The position numbers and the translations under genes are program-made. A stretch of 64,000 nt of DNA, taken from Mustelus asterias (lineage: Eukaryota). Shown here piece after piece: positions 13,139 to 25,729 of this stretch. Under the pieces are notes generated by a model that was not told the origin of the DNA, ran no database searches, and saw only the letters and a program-made list of their open reading frames with translations. The stretch spans positions 109,368,001 to 109,432,000 of the forward strand of contig NC_135809.1 of assembly GCF_964213995.1 (NCBI RefSeq). The letters are read 5' to 3'. The stretch's first letter is position 1; every line of letters starts with the position of its first letter.

Positions 13139-13489
13139 TTCTGAGCTGTTAAATTTGTCAGAGTACTCTGCTTGATGAAACGTTTGGGCATTTTATTGCT
13201 CATCACAGTCGGGCATCAGATGATTTTCCAATTGCTTTAATCTAGTGTCATCAAACAGATGCTGTAGTTTGTGTTGTTACCACATAAAACTCGTCCACTC
13301 CACTAACATTCAACCTCACTTTTCACCTTAAGAGAAATATCGCGACTGCACTATTCTGAGTTTCCATTTTCCCACACTGTCTACTTTGCTGATGTAAGAG
13401 GTGAAATTGTCATTCCACACCAAAAATAAGACTCTTCAAATTAATTCCTCACACACACGCATACACTGCTAGGAGATGGAGCAGAGCAT

Positions 13490-13955
13490 CATTCCACCAG
13501 CGAGGGCTGCATTAAGACTCAGGACGCCATATTACAAAAGAAACATATTACAAAAGTAGTACCAAACGAGCCACCCCCTCCCCCCCCCACAAAACCCTCC
13601 CCCTTGCCCCACCCCTTTGACACTACCCCTGGTGGGCAATGCCAGGGTGCCCGTCAGGCCGTGCCTGGCCATGCCCCAACTACGTGGGTGTTCAGATGGC
13701 CGCGTGATTCCCCCCGGTGAGGCCATGGCATCTGGTCTCTACTGGTGGAGACCAGCTATGATTGTTGCCGGCATGTGGACCAACCGGTGAGGAGGTTAAG
13801 TTTTGGTGAGCTGGGACAATGCTGTGCAGGACTTGTTAATGATTATTAATATTTAAATTGGCAGCACAAACTGGATTTTTCGTCCTGCACACAATCTTAC
13901 TGGCTCACTGCGGCGGTTGATCATTGTGGCGAGACAATAAGATCATGCCCTCAGG
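13490..13955. mobile_element. GC-rich non-autonomous DNA element fragment (Harbinger-associated type)
   Basis: Shares motifs (gggcaatgccaggg, gtggagaccag) with elements at ~29700-30493 and ~50670-51975. Confidence 0.45.
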
Positions 13956-14079
13956 CTTCACAGATGAAAAGGTAATGTATCAATCCAAGGAACCACTGAA
14001 TCCAATTGGAGCCTGCTTATTTTACAGCTCTAGCTTAGCATTTCCCTAACACCAGAGATAGCATTATAAAGGGTCTTAC

Positions 14080-14418
14080 CTGAGACTTCCAATCCCGATT
14101 TCTTTTCTGTCTTTTCAGGCGTGACAAACACAATACAAGTGTACTGCCCTTCTTCAGTAAGCTGTATGTCCGGAAGATGAAGTGAAGCATCTCCTTTCTG
14201 TAAGTTGGCTCTTGACATTTTTGCTCCATTTCTTTTTGGAAAAGCACTTCCTCCATTAAAGACATAGATATCCTGACCGTTGGGCCCAGTCCACTTGACA
14301 GCTACATTGTTTAGGTTGAAGCCTGCTGCATCATAGCCAGTAAACTTACATTCCAGGGAAATATCTTCATTCACTAAGACACTCTTTGGGTTTGCAAATA
14401 TTGTCACTTCCAAAGTTT
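14080..14418 (-). CDS. NCR3LG1: Gene A IgV exon, B7-H6/NCR3LG1-like
   Basis: tttatttag| acceptor, |gtaaga donor, phase 1/1; LEC...W...KGDASLHLPDIQLTEEGQYTCIVFVTPEK closely resembles the human B7-H6 V domain ([28 protein letters not shown], recalled). Confidence 0.9.
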
Positions 14419-14954
14419 CTAAATAAACAGAGCATTAAATATTAGTACAATTGTCAAAGCTAGAAATAAAGGAGATTCAAAATATACGATTGAAAGTGGA
14501 ACAGTAGCACTTCAGATACTCATCTTCAAAACACTGCAATGAAGCAATTATACGCAAATCGTATCTATGATTCCCTAACATGATTTTTAAGAAATACTTT
14601 AATGGGATATGGAAATCCCTGGCAAAGACAACATTAGCTGCCTATACCTAATTTCCCTCAAGAAAGTGGTGGTCAGTCACCTTCTTGAATTGTTGCAGTG
14701 TGTCTGGTGTAGGTACACCCATAATGTTGTGAGAGAAGGATTTACGGATTTTGATCTGGTATAGTTTCGACAGCACGCATTGCTGCTGAAGAGCTTGCAA
14801 CCCCATGGTCACGACTCTTAACCCCTCCAGTTTGGAAAGCCATGCCTTAACTCCACTTGCCTGCCTGACCTCAAAACTTTGATTTCCTTGTCAGTCAAAA
14901 CCATGTATAACTCAGCCTCGAATATATACAATGGCACAGCTCTCTGGGCAGGGA

Positions 14955-15425
14955 ATTCCTGGAAACAGTTTTGGTCCTCTTATCTAAGGAAAGATATGCT
15001 GGCATTGGAGGTAATCCAAAGAAGGTTCACTAGGTTGGTCCCAAGCATGCAGGGATTTTCTTATGTGGAGAGGTTGAGTAATTTGGGCCTGTACTCATTG
15101 GAGTTTAGAAGAATGAGGTGACCTTATTGAGACATACAGGATTCTCAGAAGACTTGAGTGGGTAGAGGAGGAGAGATTGTTTTCCCCCCTGTGGGAGAGT
15201 CTAGGGCCACAGGGCATAATCACAGAAAGAGTGATTCATCTTTTAAGACCGATGAGGAGGAATTTTTTTTTCTCAAGAGGGTAGTGAATCTGTAGACTTA
15301 CTTACCGCAAAGAGTCGTAAGGTCGAAAAGTGGGATTGAGGATTATCACATTAGATCAGTCAATCAATGCCAGAGCAGACTTGATGGACCAAATGGCCTA
15401 CATCTACTCCTACGTCTTATGATCT
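14955..15425 (+). mobile_element. CR1 3' fragment
   Basis: QFWSSYLRKDMLALEVIQRRFTRL and CR1 tail. Confidence 0.8.
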
Positions 15426-15439
15426 GATGCAAATGAGGA

Positions 15440-16000
15440 GCCAGGAGAGGAGTTACCCACTATAGAATTCCCAGCCTCTGACTTCCCTTTGATGTTACAA
15501 TACTTATATGACTAGTTCAGTTTCTGGTCAATGGCAATTCCGGCACGTTGGTAGTGGGGGGATTCAGAGATGGTAATACTGTTTAATGTTAGGGGGACAT
15601 AATTAGACTCTGTCTTGTTGGAGATGGCCATTGCATTGCACACCTGACATAAACATTACTTGCCAAATATCATCCCAAACCGTCATCCAGATCTTGCTGC
15701 ATATGGATGCGGAGGTGTTGCAAATGGTACTGAATACTGCACAATCATTAGCAAGCATCACCAATTCTAACCACCGGGTGGGTGGAAGATCATTGATGTG
15801 GAAACTGAATTCGATACAGCCTAAGACATTACCCTGAGGAATTCCTGTCGCAATGTCCTGAGACTCCAACAACAAAAACAGGATCTTGGTGTTACTCCAA
15901 CCAGTGGAATGTTTTCCCCGATTTTCATTTACTTCAATTTTGCCACAGTTAGTTGAATGTTGATTTGATGTCAAGGGCAATCACACTCATCTCAAGTTTT
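15440..16000 (-). mobile_element. Degenerate LINE RT fragment
   Basis: GIPQGNVLG...INDLP...ANDCAVF. Confidence 0.65.
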
Positions 16001-16364
16001 GGTGGGTGGGCGGGCCGGCGGGGGTGGGGGGGGGAAGGAATGTTCATTTGGAAGCCTAATGGTGAAACAGGAAACCAGATGCCAATCTTTCACTTAATAC
16101 TAGATTTATTTAATAGAATTATTTACAGAATACAATGTAATAAGTTCCTGCCAGTGTTCCAGAGGTCTCTCTATATACTCTTTAAAAATAAATTAGAGAG
16201 TAAAACAAATATATTTCTGATCGACCCCTTATGGGGTAATCTTCATTATTTCAACGCAACCAATTAAGCTTTAACAGAAACTTAGCAACTTAAAATAGCA
16301 CTTTGGGAGTGATGATGCTCTTTAGCCCCTCCAGCACCAACAGTCACGCAAGGCCTCCATCTTT

Positions 16365-16660
16365 TTAAGCTTAAAGTTTATTTATTATTGCCACAAGTAG
16401 ACTTGCATTAACACTGCAATGAAGTTACTGTGAATATTCCCCAGATGCCACACTCTTGACACCTGTTCGGAAGAATTTAGCATGGCCAATGCACTTAACT
16501 AGCATGTTCTTTCGGACTGTGGGAGGAAATCAGAACCCCTGGAGGAAACCCACACAGACACTGGGAGACCGTGCGACTCCGCACAGATAGTGACCCAAGC
16601 CAGGAACCGAACTCAGGTGCTTGGCGTTGTGAGGCAGCAGTGCTAACCACTGTGCCGCCA
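16365..16660 (-). mobile_element. HE1-type tRNA-derived SINE
   Basis: Reverse complement of GGCACAGTGGTTAGCACTGCTGCCTCAC head; tail ...aataaataaactttaa. Confidence 0.85.
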
Positions 16661-16804
16661 GCTTACTGGTGGATAACCTGTGCACCATCTCCAGCGACGA
16701 TTGGGCAAAAATGCAACCACAGAAGAGAGAACATTCAAACAAGGAGCAGGAGTAGGCCATTTGGTTCCTCGAACCTGCTCCGCCTTTTAATAAGATCATG
16801 GCTT

Positions 16805-17430
16805 TTATTTAATTCATTTGTGGGACATGGGCGTCGCTGGCTGGCCAGCATTTATTGTCCATCCCTCGTTGCCCTTGAGAAGGTGGTGGTGAGCTGCTTT
16901 CTTGAATTGCTGCAGTCCATTGTGGGTTGACCCACAATGTCGTTAGGGAGGGAATTCCAGGATTTTGACCCAGTGACTGTGAAGGAACAGCGATATATTT
17001 CCAAGTCAGGAAGGTGAGTGGCTTGGAGGGGAACTTGTAGGTGGTGATGTTCCCACGTATCTACTGCCCTTGCCCTTCTAGATGGAAATGGTCATGGGTT
17101 TGAAAGGTACTATTTAAGAATCTTTGGTGAATTGCTGCAGTGCATCTTGGAGATAGTACGCACTGCTGCTACTGAGCGTCGACGGTAGTGAGATTGAATG
17201 TTGTAGATGTGGTGCCAATTAAGTGGCCTGCTTTGTCCGGGATGGTGTCAAGCTTCTTGAGTGTCATTGGAGTTGCACCCATCCAGGCAAGTGGGGAGTG
17301 CTGACAAAGGGTCATCTGACTCAACGTCAGCTCCTTTCTCTCCTTACAGATGCTGCCAGACCTGCTGAGATTTTCCTGCATTTTATCTTTTGATTCCATC
17401 ACACTTTAGACTTGTGCCTTGTAGATGGTG
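16805..17430 (-). mobile_element. LINE 3' end, same family as 1545-2900
   Basis: High identity to 1545-2070. Confidence 0.8.
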
Positions 17431-17769
17431 GCTGATCTGATAGTAACCTCAAATCTATATCCTGCCTCCCCCTGATAACCTATCATCCCTTGTTTACCAA
17501 GAATCTGTCCACTTCTGCCATTAAAAATATACAAAGACTCTGCTTCTGCCACCTTTTCTGGAAGAGATTTCAAAGACACACAATCCTCAGAAGAAATTTC
17601 ACCTCATCTCCACTTTAAGTGGGCAACTCCTTATTTTTAAAACAGTTGACTCCTAGTTCTGGATTCTCCCACAAGAAGAAACATCGGGCGGAATATTCCC
17701 ATTCCACCCTCCACAGGAATCGTAGCGGCATCCCCCCCCGCCCCCCCCCCATGCTGACACTATAGTTTA

Positions 17770-18326
17770 AAAAGCCCACCAATGTCTCTACTTTCTCAGA
17801 AGACTAAGAAAACTATTGGCATGTCAGCTATGACTCTCTCCCACTTTTACAGATGCACCATAGAAAGCATTCTTTCTGATTCTTTATGGCTCCTGCTCTG
17901 ACCAAGACCGCAAGAAACTACAAAAGGTTGTGAATGTAGCCCAATCCATCACACAAACCAGCCTCCCATCCATTGACTCTGTCTACACTTCCCGCTGCCT
18001 CAGCAAAGCAGCCAGCATAATTAAGAACCCCACGCACACCAGACATTCTCGCTTCCACCTTCTCCCGTCGGGAAAAAGATACAAAAGTCTGAGGTCACGT
18101 ACCAACCAACTCGAGAATAGCTTCTTCCCTGCTGCCATCAGACTTTTGAATGGACCGACCTTGCATTAAGTTGATCTTTCTCTACACCCTAGCTATGACT
18201 GTAGCACTACACTCTGCACTCTCTCATTTCCTTCTCTATGAACGGTATGCTTTGTCTGTATAACGTGCAAGAAACAATACTTTTCAGTGTATACTAATAC
18301 ATGTGACAATAATAAATCAAATCAAA
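17770..18326 (+). mobile_element. Rex-Babar-type LINE 3' end
   Basis: VNVAQSITQTSLPSIDSVY...NSFFPAAIRLLN; tail aataaatcaaatcaaa. Confidence 0.75.
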
Positions 18327-19177
18327 CACTGACCATGAAAATGGCTGTTAACTTCGGGTGGGATTTTCCAGCCTTAGGGCGAGTGCGGCCAAAATATCCC
18401 GCCCTCTTCTCCATTTCTATTCTGTCCAGACCGCTCAGGATCATGTATGTTTCAATCAAGTTGCCTCTTACTCTTCTAAACTCCAATGGATATAGGTCTA
18501 GCCTGTCCAGCCCTTCCTCTTATAAGACAACATGCACATTCCATTAGCCTGCTTTAATAAGGAAATCAAGACCGCACACTGCACTCCAGACGTGGTCTCA
18601 TTGGTGCCCTGTATACATGAAGCATAACCTCCCTACTTTTGTATTCAATTGTCCTCTCAACAAATCAAAACATTCTATTAGCTTTTCTAATTAATTGCTG
18701 AACCTGAATACTAGCCTATTGTGATTTGTGCATTGAGACACCCAGGTCCCTCTGCATTTCAGAGCTCTGCAATCTGTCACCACTTAGATAATACGCCTCT
18801 CTTTTATGTTTCCTGCCAAAATGGACCATTTCACATTTTCCAATGTTACACCACATTTAGATATGTTAAGTCACTCGGCAAACATCTGCTATGTCCATTT
18901 GTAACCTCCTTATGTCATCCTCACAACTTGCTTTTCTACCTATCATTGTATCATCAGCAAATCTGGCAACCATCCAGTCATCCAAATAATTTATTTAAAT
19001 TCTAAATGGTTGAGGTCCCAGCACTGATCCCTGGGGCAAATTCTTTGTTACATCTTGCCAAACTAGCAAGCCAGTCAGAATAAACAGTGCTCTCAACTGC
19101 CCAATACCGAGACCCATTATGGCCACCTTGGTCAGACCCAAGAGCAAACCAATGAGGAAGTCCTCTAAACTGGATGC

Positions 19178-20421
19178 TGAAGAAGGATAATATAAAACTC
19201 TTAGTATAAAAAGCCCACATTTCAAATTTACTTTAAGTAAACTAGGTTAAGGTGAAGATTACAAGGCACCTTATATATAGAATAAGGATTCACCATGTGC
19301 CTAATACAATATATGCAAAGGTATTGTCTGTATAACCACAATTTAGTAAGAAGTCTCACAACACCAGGTTAAAGTCCAACAGGTTTATTTGGTAGCAAAT
19401 ACCATAAGCTTTCGGAGCGCTGCTCCTTCGTCAGATGGAGTGGAAATGTGCTCTCAAACAATGCACAGACACAAAATCAAGTTACAGAACGTAACTTGGT
19501 TTTCTGTAACTTGATTTTGTGTCTGTGCACTGTTTGAGAGCACATTTCCACTCCATCTGACGAAGGAACAGTGCTCCAAAAGCTTCTGGTATTTGCTACC
19601 AAATAAACCTGTTGGACTTTAACCTGGTGTTGTGAGACTTCTTACTGTGTTCAGCCCAGTCCAACGCCGACATCTCCACATCATGGTAACCACAATTTAA
19701 CCAAGTATTAGTAAATTAAACTGTATTATTGTGTTTCCTGTGAATCTTGGCCAACAAGCGAACTAACCGCTCAGCATGATGGCACATAGACAGTATGAGA
19801 CCGACCAAATTCTTTTGGGACAAAGGAGCATAGAGGAGCAATTTTGCTTATCAGCTTGAGCGAGGCAGCTGCAAGCTAATCAGAGCTTGGAATGTATGGA
19901 AGTACATTGGTCCATGGTTGGTGAGGCTGGTGTAGTCTCTGAAGCTGATAAGCGAGGAGGATTTGGGCAAGAGAATGACTCCTCTTACCAATTAAAATTT
20001 GCGGGCGTTAGAAAATATTCTTGAATTTACTGCATTTACGTAGTTAGATTTCGTAGTAACGAGGGAAGAACTTTAAGGTGCAATGGACCAATGATCTCCT
20101 AATCCTGCTGACAGGTAGCGCGTTATTAGATCAGGTAATAGTGTGTAATACTGTAATTGGATCCTCCAATGTGGGTGACAAGCTGGATGGGAAATTCAAA
20201 TGTTCAGAAGAGTATATCAATCTCACACATGTACTGTTATGCCAGAGAGGATAGTCAGCACTCACTGACTATTTTCTCTCCTGATGCATGCATTAGCAAT
20301 AAACGAAACTTCCTTTCATTCCTTGACTACATGTTGTCTCTCATGGTCTCTGCATTGGTTGAGTGAGTTCAGCTGAGTACAAGAGGCCCCCCGGTGGATA
20401 CCCTGGAAAATTCCTCTTGCA
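19178..20421 (+). mobile_element. ERV solo LTR with 5-bp TSD (GATGC)
   Basis: TG...CA termini; GATGC at 19173-19177 and 20422-20426; AATAAA near 20298; homologous to the PPT-preceded LTR at 24855-25729. Confidence 0.85.
19346..19686. mobile_element. Penelope-like inverted-repeat insertion inside the solo LTR
   Basis: ~140-bp inverted arms; 13-bp TSD TAACCACAATTTA (19333-19345 and 19687-19699); empty site in the other LTR. Confidence 0.75.
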
Positions 20422-22387
20422 GATGCCAATGCCCCTCCTTTCCTGTGTGGCCAGGATCTGGAGTATGGGATTGAAGCGCAACCAAAAATTGCGGAGCAGC
20501 CCTTTCAGATAATGAAAAATGGGCTGCATCCTCTGAACTCAACATAAACATGGAACACAGACTCCACAAGGCCACAGAAAATGCAGGCAGACTGGGAGTT
20601 TGCCAACTGATTTTACTTTCCATTGGATGGGGCTGCTGGTTACAACATTCCCCTGATGGTCAAATGGAGCATTCCCTTGTAGAGAGCCATCCGTCATTGT
20701 TCTACCTCCCCTGGACAGCAAGATGGAACACCACAATGTGTCCAGACAGCTGGCAAGTGGAGGTTGCGCAGCGACAGCCAATACAGTAAACCCCTCTGAA
20801 AGATGGCTTAGATTGTGGGGCTACGGACCCCAAGGCCAATGAGAAGTTCTGTCCAAAATGGGGTCAATTCAGACATGAGTGTTTCACATGCCAGAGTCGC
20901 CTCGACACAAGAAGTGCAGTCGGGGCCGAGCACCATGTTTTTAAGGCTCCGGAGGGATTTGGCTGTGAGCTGGACATTGACCGACTCACATCACATGGTA
21001 CTTCTGGTGACATCCAGCCACTCCTCCGCAGTCCAGTATACCCTCACTCTTGTCACCCCAAACCCTCTCTTCTGCTAGTCACATGAAACTATATTGGTGG
21101 AAGTCGCATGAGAGACTCAATTAGTGCTGTCCTGCAGCAGCCTCATCCGCTCACTGTGACTCTCTTCCACTCACCATTTTCTTGCCCAACCCTCTCCCAC
21201 TTGTCACTTCCCTTCCTGACTCTCCCATCCAGAGCCCCTCTTGTCCCCTCCTTCCATCTCACCAACCCTCTCCCGAGTCCTCACTCACAGCAAAGTTTGA
21301 GGAGAGTGAAGTGGCAAGTAGGAGTATAGGTAAGTCTGGGGGAAGCTTGAGAGGGAAGTGGCCTGTGGGATGGAGTCAGTCTGCGTGAGGCAAGTAGAAG
21401 TTAGCCTATTTCTTTTATAATTTATTTGCAAATGTAGGAATTTAGGAATGTACTGTATAGTATTTCAGCTTATAGGGTATACATAGTTTTGACAAGAATA
21501 GTCCTACAGAACCTGACTGCAGTTTTTACACTGGTTGCAATGGGAAAAATCTTCACTCGAAGTTGTTTGACTTAAAGTTGTACTTTTCAGGAAAGCATCT
21601 TACACCATTAAGCGAGAAATTACTGTATAATCCATAATGACACATAACTCATTATTGCTGCATGTGGACCAAATATACATTGTATTAGATATATATTCTG
21701 CTTCTCATGAAGTGATGTGAGAAATTATATACGATGCAGAGTTTGTGTCTAAAGTGTGATATATTTTGGAGCTCTGGGAAGCACAGAACCTAACACAATT
21801 TAATTAAGTATCCATTTCATTTGAGAGAAGGTTTCAAGTTTGTTTTAGTATTCATTCGCAGACTGAGATTGTCACGAACTAGAACAGCATTTACTGCTGA
21901 TCCTAATTACCTTTACTATCTTGGGTGGTGGGTCCAATAACTGAATTAGTAGCTTAGATTATTTCAGATATGACACTTACGGGACTGGAATTTCGACTGG
22001 GACAGGCTTTCCTCATTAAAGGATTCAGTAAATATTCTTAAGACGGCATTCACAGTCACTTTTGACTTAAACCAAGTTTTAAAATAACCTGAATTCATTT
22101 TGATTAAAACTAAACAATTGCCCAACAGGAAGACAATGGGTGGGGCTGGACAAAATATAATTTTCTAACTTTTTCCACACAAGTAGATATACTCTCAAGG
22201 ACAAGAACTGACTGCAACAAATACACACACACACATACACAAGTTTTAAAGTTGTTTAAAATAGTCAGTTCCGGAGAAGAGTTTATAATTCTGCTTTAAT
22301 TGTTAAGCCTCCATTTTGTGGGTCGGCTTTTCTTTTGAAACAAGACAATTTACAGGACAGAGGCCGCACACCAGGTTGTTCCTTTAC

Positions 22388-22499
22388 CTGTCGGAGAGAC
22401 AAGCCACACCGTGAACAGAGCTCCAAACAGGAAGAAGCGACCACCAGTCCCAAACCTCCACTGGACATGGATTTTATCCAGCTGCTTCGGGGCAGCCAT
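22388..22499 (-). CDS. NCR3LG1: Gene A leader (signal peptide) exon, proximal copy
   Basis: ATG at 22499; MAAPKQLDKIHVQWRFGTGGRFFLFGALFTVWLVSPT; CAG|GTAAAG phase-1 donor joins the IgV exon in frame (...T-ETLEV). Confidence 0.72.
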
Positions 22500-22875
22500 T
22501 TCACAAAATAAGGAAGAAAAGTATTGGTTTCAGTTTTGTGCCCTTCCTGTTCACGTACTTCCTCTAGATGAACTGCTGCGCCATTTCAGTCCTTTACTGT
22601 TTGAACATTTCAATCCTGTCGCCACAATAAGCTCTGTCACCGCTTCGCAACAGCAATCTTAACATGTTCTTGGTGGTGAGAGAGAGACACATAGTGAAAT
22701 TAGTTGGTCTGGAGAGCCACAGACCAATGAGGGGAGTTAAGGATTAAAAGAAACTGGCAGCCAGCTTGCTGTGTGTCGCAGAGAGAGAGAGATCAGAAGT
22801 GATAGTGAGCTGAGGAGCCACAAAATGGTGCTGAACAGCTCCGGTTCCGGAGAGGCTGAGTGAGGATCAGACGAC

Positions 22876-22962
22876 TGAAGAAGGGTTATATAAAACTCTT
22901 AGTACAAAAGCCCCTCATTTTAAATTTACTATAATAAGTAGACTAGGTTAAGGTGAAGATTA
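22876..22962 (+). mobile_element. 5' fragment of the same ERV LTR, truncated at a CR1
   Basis: tgaagaagggttatataaaactcttagtacaaaagcccctc matches the start at 24855; upstream flank ACGAC. Confidence 0.8.
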
Positions 22963-22969
22963 CGTCACC

Positions 22970-24514
22970 GTACTAGTACATAAAAGAAGATAGGAAGAGA
23001 TTTTCAATATATAAAAGGTAAGAGAGAAACAAAAATAGACATTGGACCACTGAAAAATGAGGCTAGAGAAGTAACAATAGGAAACAAAGAAATGGCAGAG
23101 GAACTGAATAGTTACTTTGCATCAGTCTTCATGGTGGAAGACACCAGTGGGATGCAACAGCTCCAGAAGAATCAGGGGGCCAGGTGAGTATAGTGGCCAT
23201 CACCAAGGAGAAGGTTCTGGGGAAACTGAAAGGTCTGAAGATGGATAAATGACCTGGACCGGATGGAATACACTCCAGTGTTCTAACAGGAATAACTGAG
23301 GACATTGTGGAGGCATTGGTGGTGATCTTTCAGGAATCACTGGAAACAGGGAGGATCCCAGAGGACTGGAAAGTAAATAATGTAACACCGCTGTTTGAGA
23401 AGAGAGGAAGGCAGTAGATGGGAAATTATAGGCTGGTTAGCCTGACTTTGGTTATTGGCAAGATTTTAGAGTCCATTATTAAAGATGAGATCGCAGAGTA
23501 CTTGGAAGTGCATGATAAAATAGGACTGAGTCAGCACGGCTTCGTCAAAGGGAGGTCATGTTTGATAAATCTGTTGGAGTTCTTTGAGGAGGTAACAAGG
23601 AAGTTAGATAAAGGAGAACCAGTGGACGTGATTTATTTAGATTTCCAGAAGGCCTTTGACAAGGTGCCGCATAGGAGACTGTTCAATAAGTTAAGAGCCC
23701 ATGGTGTTAAGGGTAAGATGCTGTCATGGATAGAGGATAGGCTAACTGGCAGAAGGCAGAGAGTGGGGATAAAGGGGTCTTTTTCAGGATGGCAGCCAGT
23801 GACTAGTGGTGTGCCTCAGGGGTCAGTGTTTCGACCACAACTTTTCACAATATACATTAACGATTTGGAAAACAGAACTGAAGGCACTGTTGCTAAGTTT
23901 GCAGATGATGCAAAGATATGTAGAGGGACAGGTAGTATTGAGGAAGCAGGGGGGCTACAGACATACTTGAACAGGCTAGGAGAGTGGTCAAAAAAATGGC
24001 AGATGGAAAAGTGGAAGGTAATGTACTTTGGAAGGAGGAATGGAGACAGACTATTTTCTCAATGGGGAAATGCTTAAGAAATCAGAAGCACAAAGGGAGT
24101 GTTCTCCCTTTGGGAGTGGGAGTCCTTGTTCAAGATTCTCTTACGGTTAACATGCAGGTTCAGTCGGCAGTTAGGAAGGCAAATGCAATGTTGGCATTCA
24201 TGTCGGAGAGGGCTAGAATACAAAAGCAGTGATGTACTTCTGAGGCTGTATAAAGTTTTGGTCAGACTTCATTTGGAGTATTGTGAGCAGTGTTGGGCCC
24301 CGTATCTAAGGAAGGATGTGCTGGCCTTGGAAAGGGTCCAGAAGAGGTTCACAAGAATGATCCCTGGAATGAAGAGCTTGTCATATGAGGAACAGTGAAA
24401 ACTCTGGGTTTGTACTTATTGGAGTTTAGAGGATCTTATTGAAACGTACAGGATACTGCGAGGACTGAGTAGAGTGGACGTGGAGAGGATATTTCCACTC
24501 GTAGGAAAAACTAG
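22970..24514 (+). mobile_element. CR1 LINE ORF2 fragment
   Basis: 219-aa ORF with YLDFQKAFDKVPH, GVPQGSV, KFADDAK. Confidence 0.92.
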
Positions 24515-24854
24515 TTCAGGAAACATAACTAATCTGGCTGCTCACATCAGAAAAGAGGTGAAGAAAATTAAACAACCACCATTGTCTACCTTGGGTGAAT
24601 GGCTGTGAGGATGGCTGGGTGCTGTGGAAAATCAATCCTACAACTGATTGCAATATTTTTCATGGTGATTTTGGCATTGATGGCACTTGTCAATGTAGTT
24701 AAGTGTGCCTGTGCGATAGCATCAGTGACGGCAGTTAAGTTGAGCAAGAAAGAATACGAAGGAACCAGTTGCCCTCCAGGACGTAGGAACAAGTGTTCGG
24801 ACACCTCTATTTAGTGGCCTTATCTTGGGCTAGCCAAAGGCCAAAAGCAGGGAC
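24515..24854 (+). pseudogene. ERV env TM-subunit C-terminal remnant plus polypurine tract
   Basis: SGNITNLAAHIRKEVKKIKQPPLSTLGEWL*GWLG, frameshift, KSILQLIAIFFMVILALMALVNVVKC: heptad, Trp-rich and TM segments; purine-rich ccaaaagcagggac just before the LTR TG. Confidence 0.72.
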
Positions 24855-25729
24855 TGAAGAAGGGTTATATAAAACTCTTAGTACAAAAGCCCCTCATTTT
24901 AAAATTATAATAAGTAAACTAGGTTGTGAAGATTACAAGGTGCCTTATATATAGAATAAGGATTCACCATGTGCCTAATACAATATATGCAAAGGTATTG
25001 TCTGAATAACCACAATTTAACCAAGTATTATGAAATTAAACTGTATTATTAACGTGTTTCTTGTGAATCTTGGCCAACAAGCACACTAACCGCTCAGCAT
25101 GATGGCACATAGACAGTATGAGACAGACCAAATTCTTTTGGGTCAAAGGAATTTGCTTATCAGCTTGAGTGAGGCAGCTGTAAGCTAATCAGAGCTTGGA
25201 ATGTATGGAAGTACATTGGTCCATGGTTGGTGAGGCTGGTGTAGTCTCTGAAGCTGATAAGCGAGGAGGATTTGGCAAGAGAATGACTCCTCTTACCAAT
25301 TAAAATTTGCAGATGTTAGAAAATATTCTTGAATTTGCTGCATTTACGTAGTTAGGTTTCCTAGTAATGAGGGAAGAACTTTCAGGTGCAATGGACCAAT
25401 GATCTCCTAATCCTGCTGACAGGTAGAGCGTTATTGGCTGAGGTAATAATGTGTAACATTGTAATTGGACCCTCCAGTGTGGGTGACAAGCTGGGTGCGG
25501 CAATCAAGTGTTCAGCAGAGTGTATCAATCTCACACATGTACTGTTACGCCAGAGAGGATAGTCAGCATTCACTGACTATTTTCTCTCCTGATGCATGCA
25601 TTAGCAATAAACGAAACTTCCTTTCATTCCTTGACTACATGTTGTCTCTCATGGTCTCTGCATTGGTTGAGTGAGTTCAGCTGAGTACAAGAGGCCCCCC
25701 GGTGGATACCCTGGAAAATTCCTCTTGCA
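24855..25729 (+). mobile_element. ERV 3' LTR (875 bp)
   Basis: TG...CA; preceded by PPT; AATAAA; followed by GATGC and the same flank as the solo LTR. Confidence 0.85.

Larger units (their letters stand above)
19178..22679 (+). repeat. Segmental duplication copy 1 (LTR, flank, gene A leader exon)
   Basis: Collinear with 24855-28627; high identity with indels. Confidence 0.93.

Noticed and set aside
24599-24814. Small TM protein or a TM exon of gene A
   Set aside because: Wrong strand for gene A; position before PPT and LTR identifies it as a decayed env.
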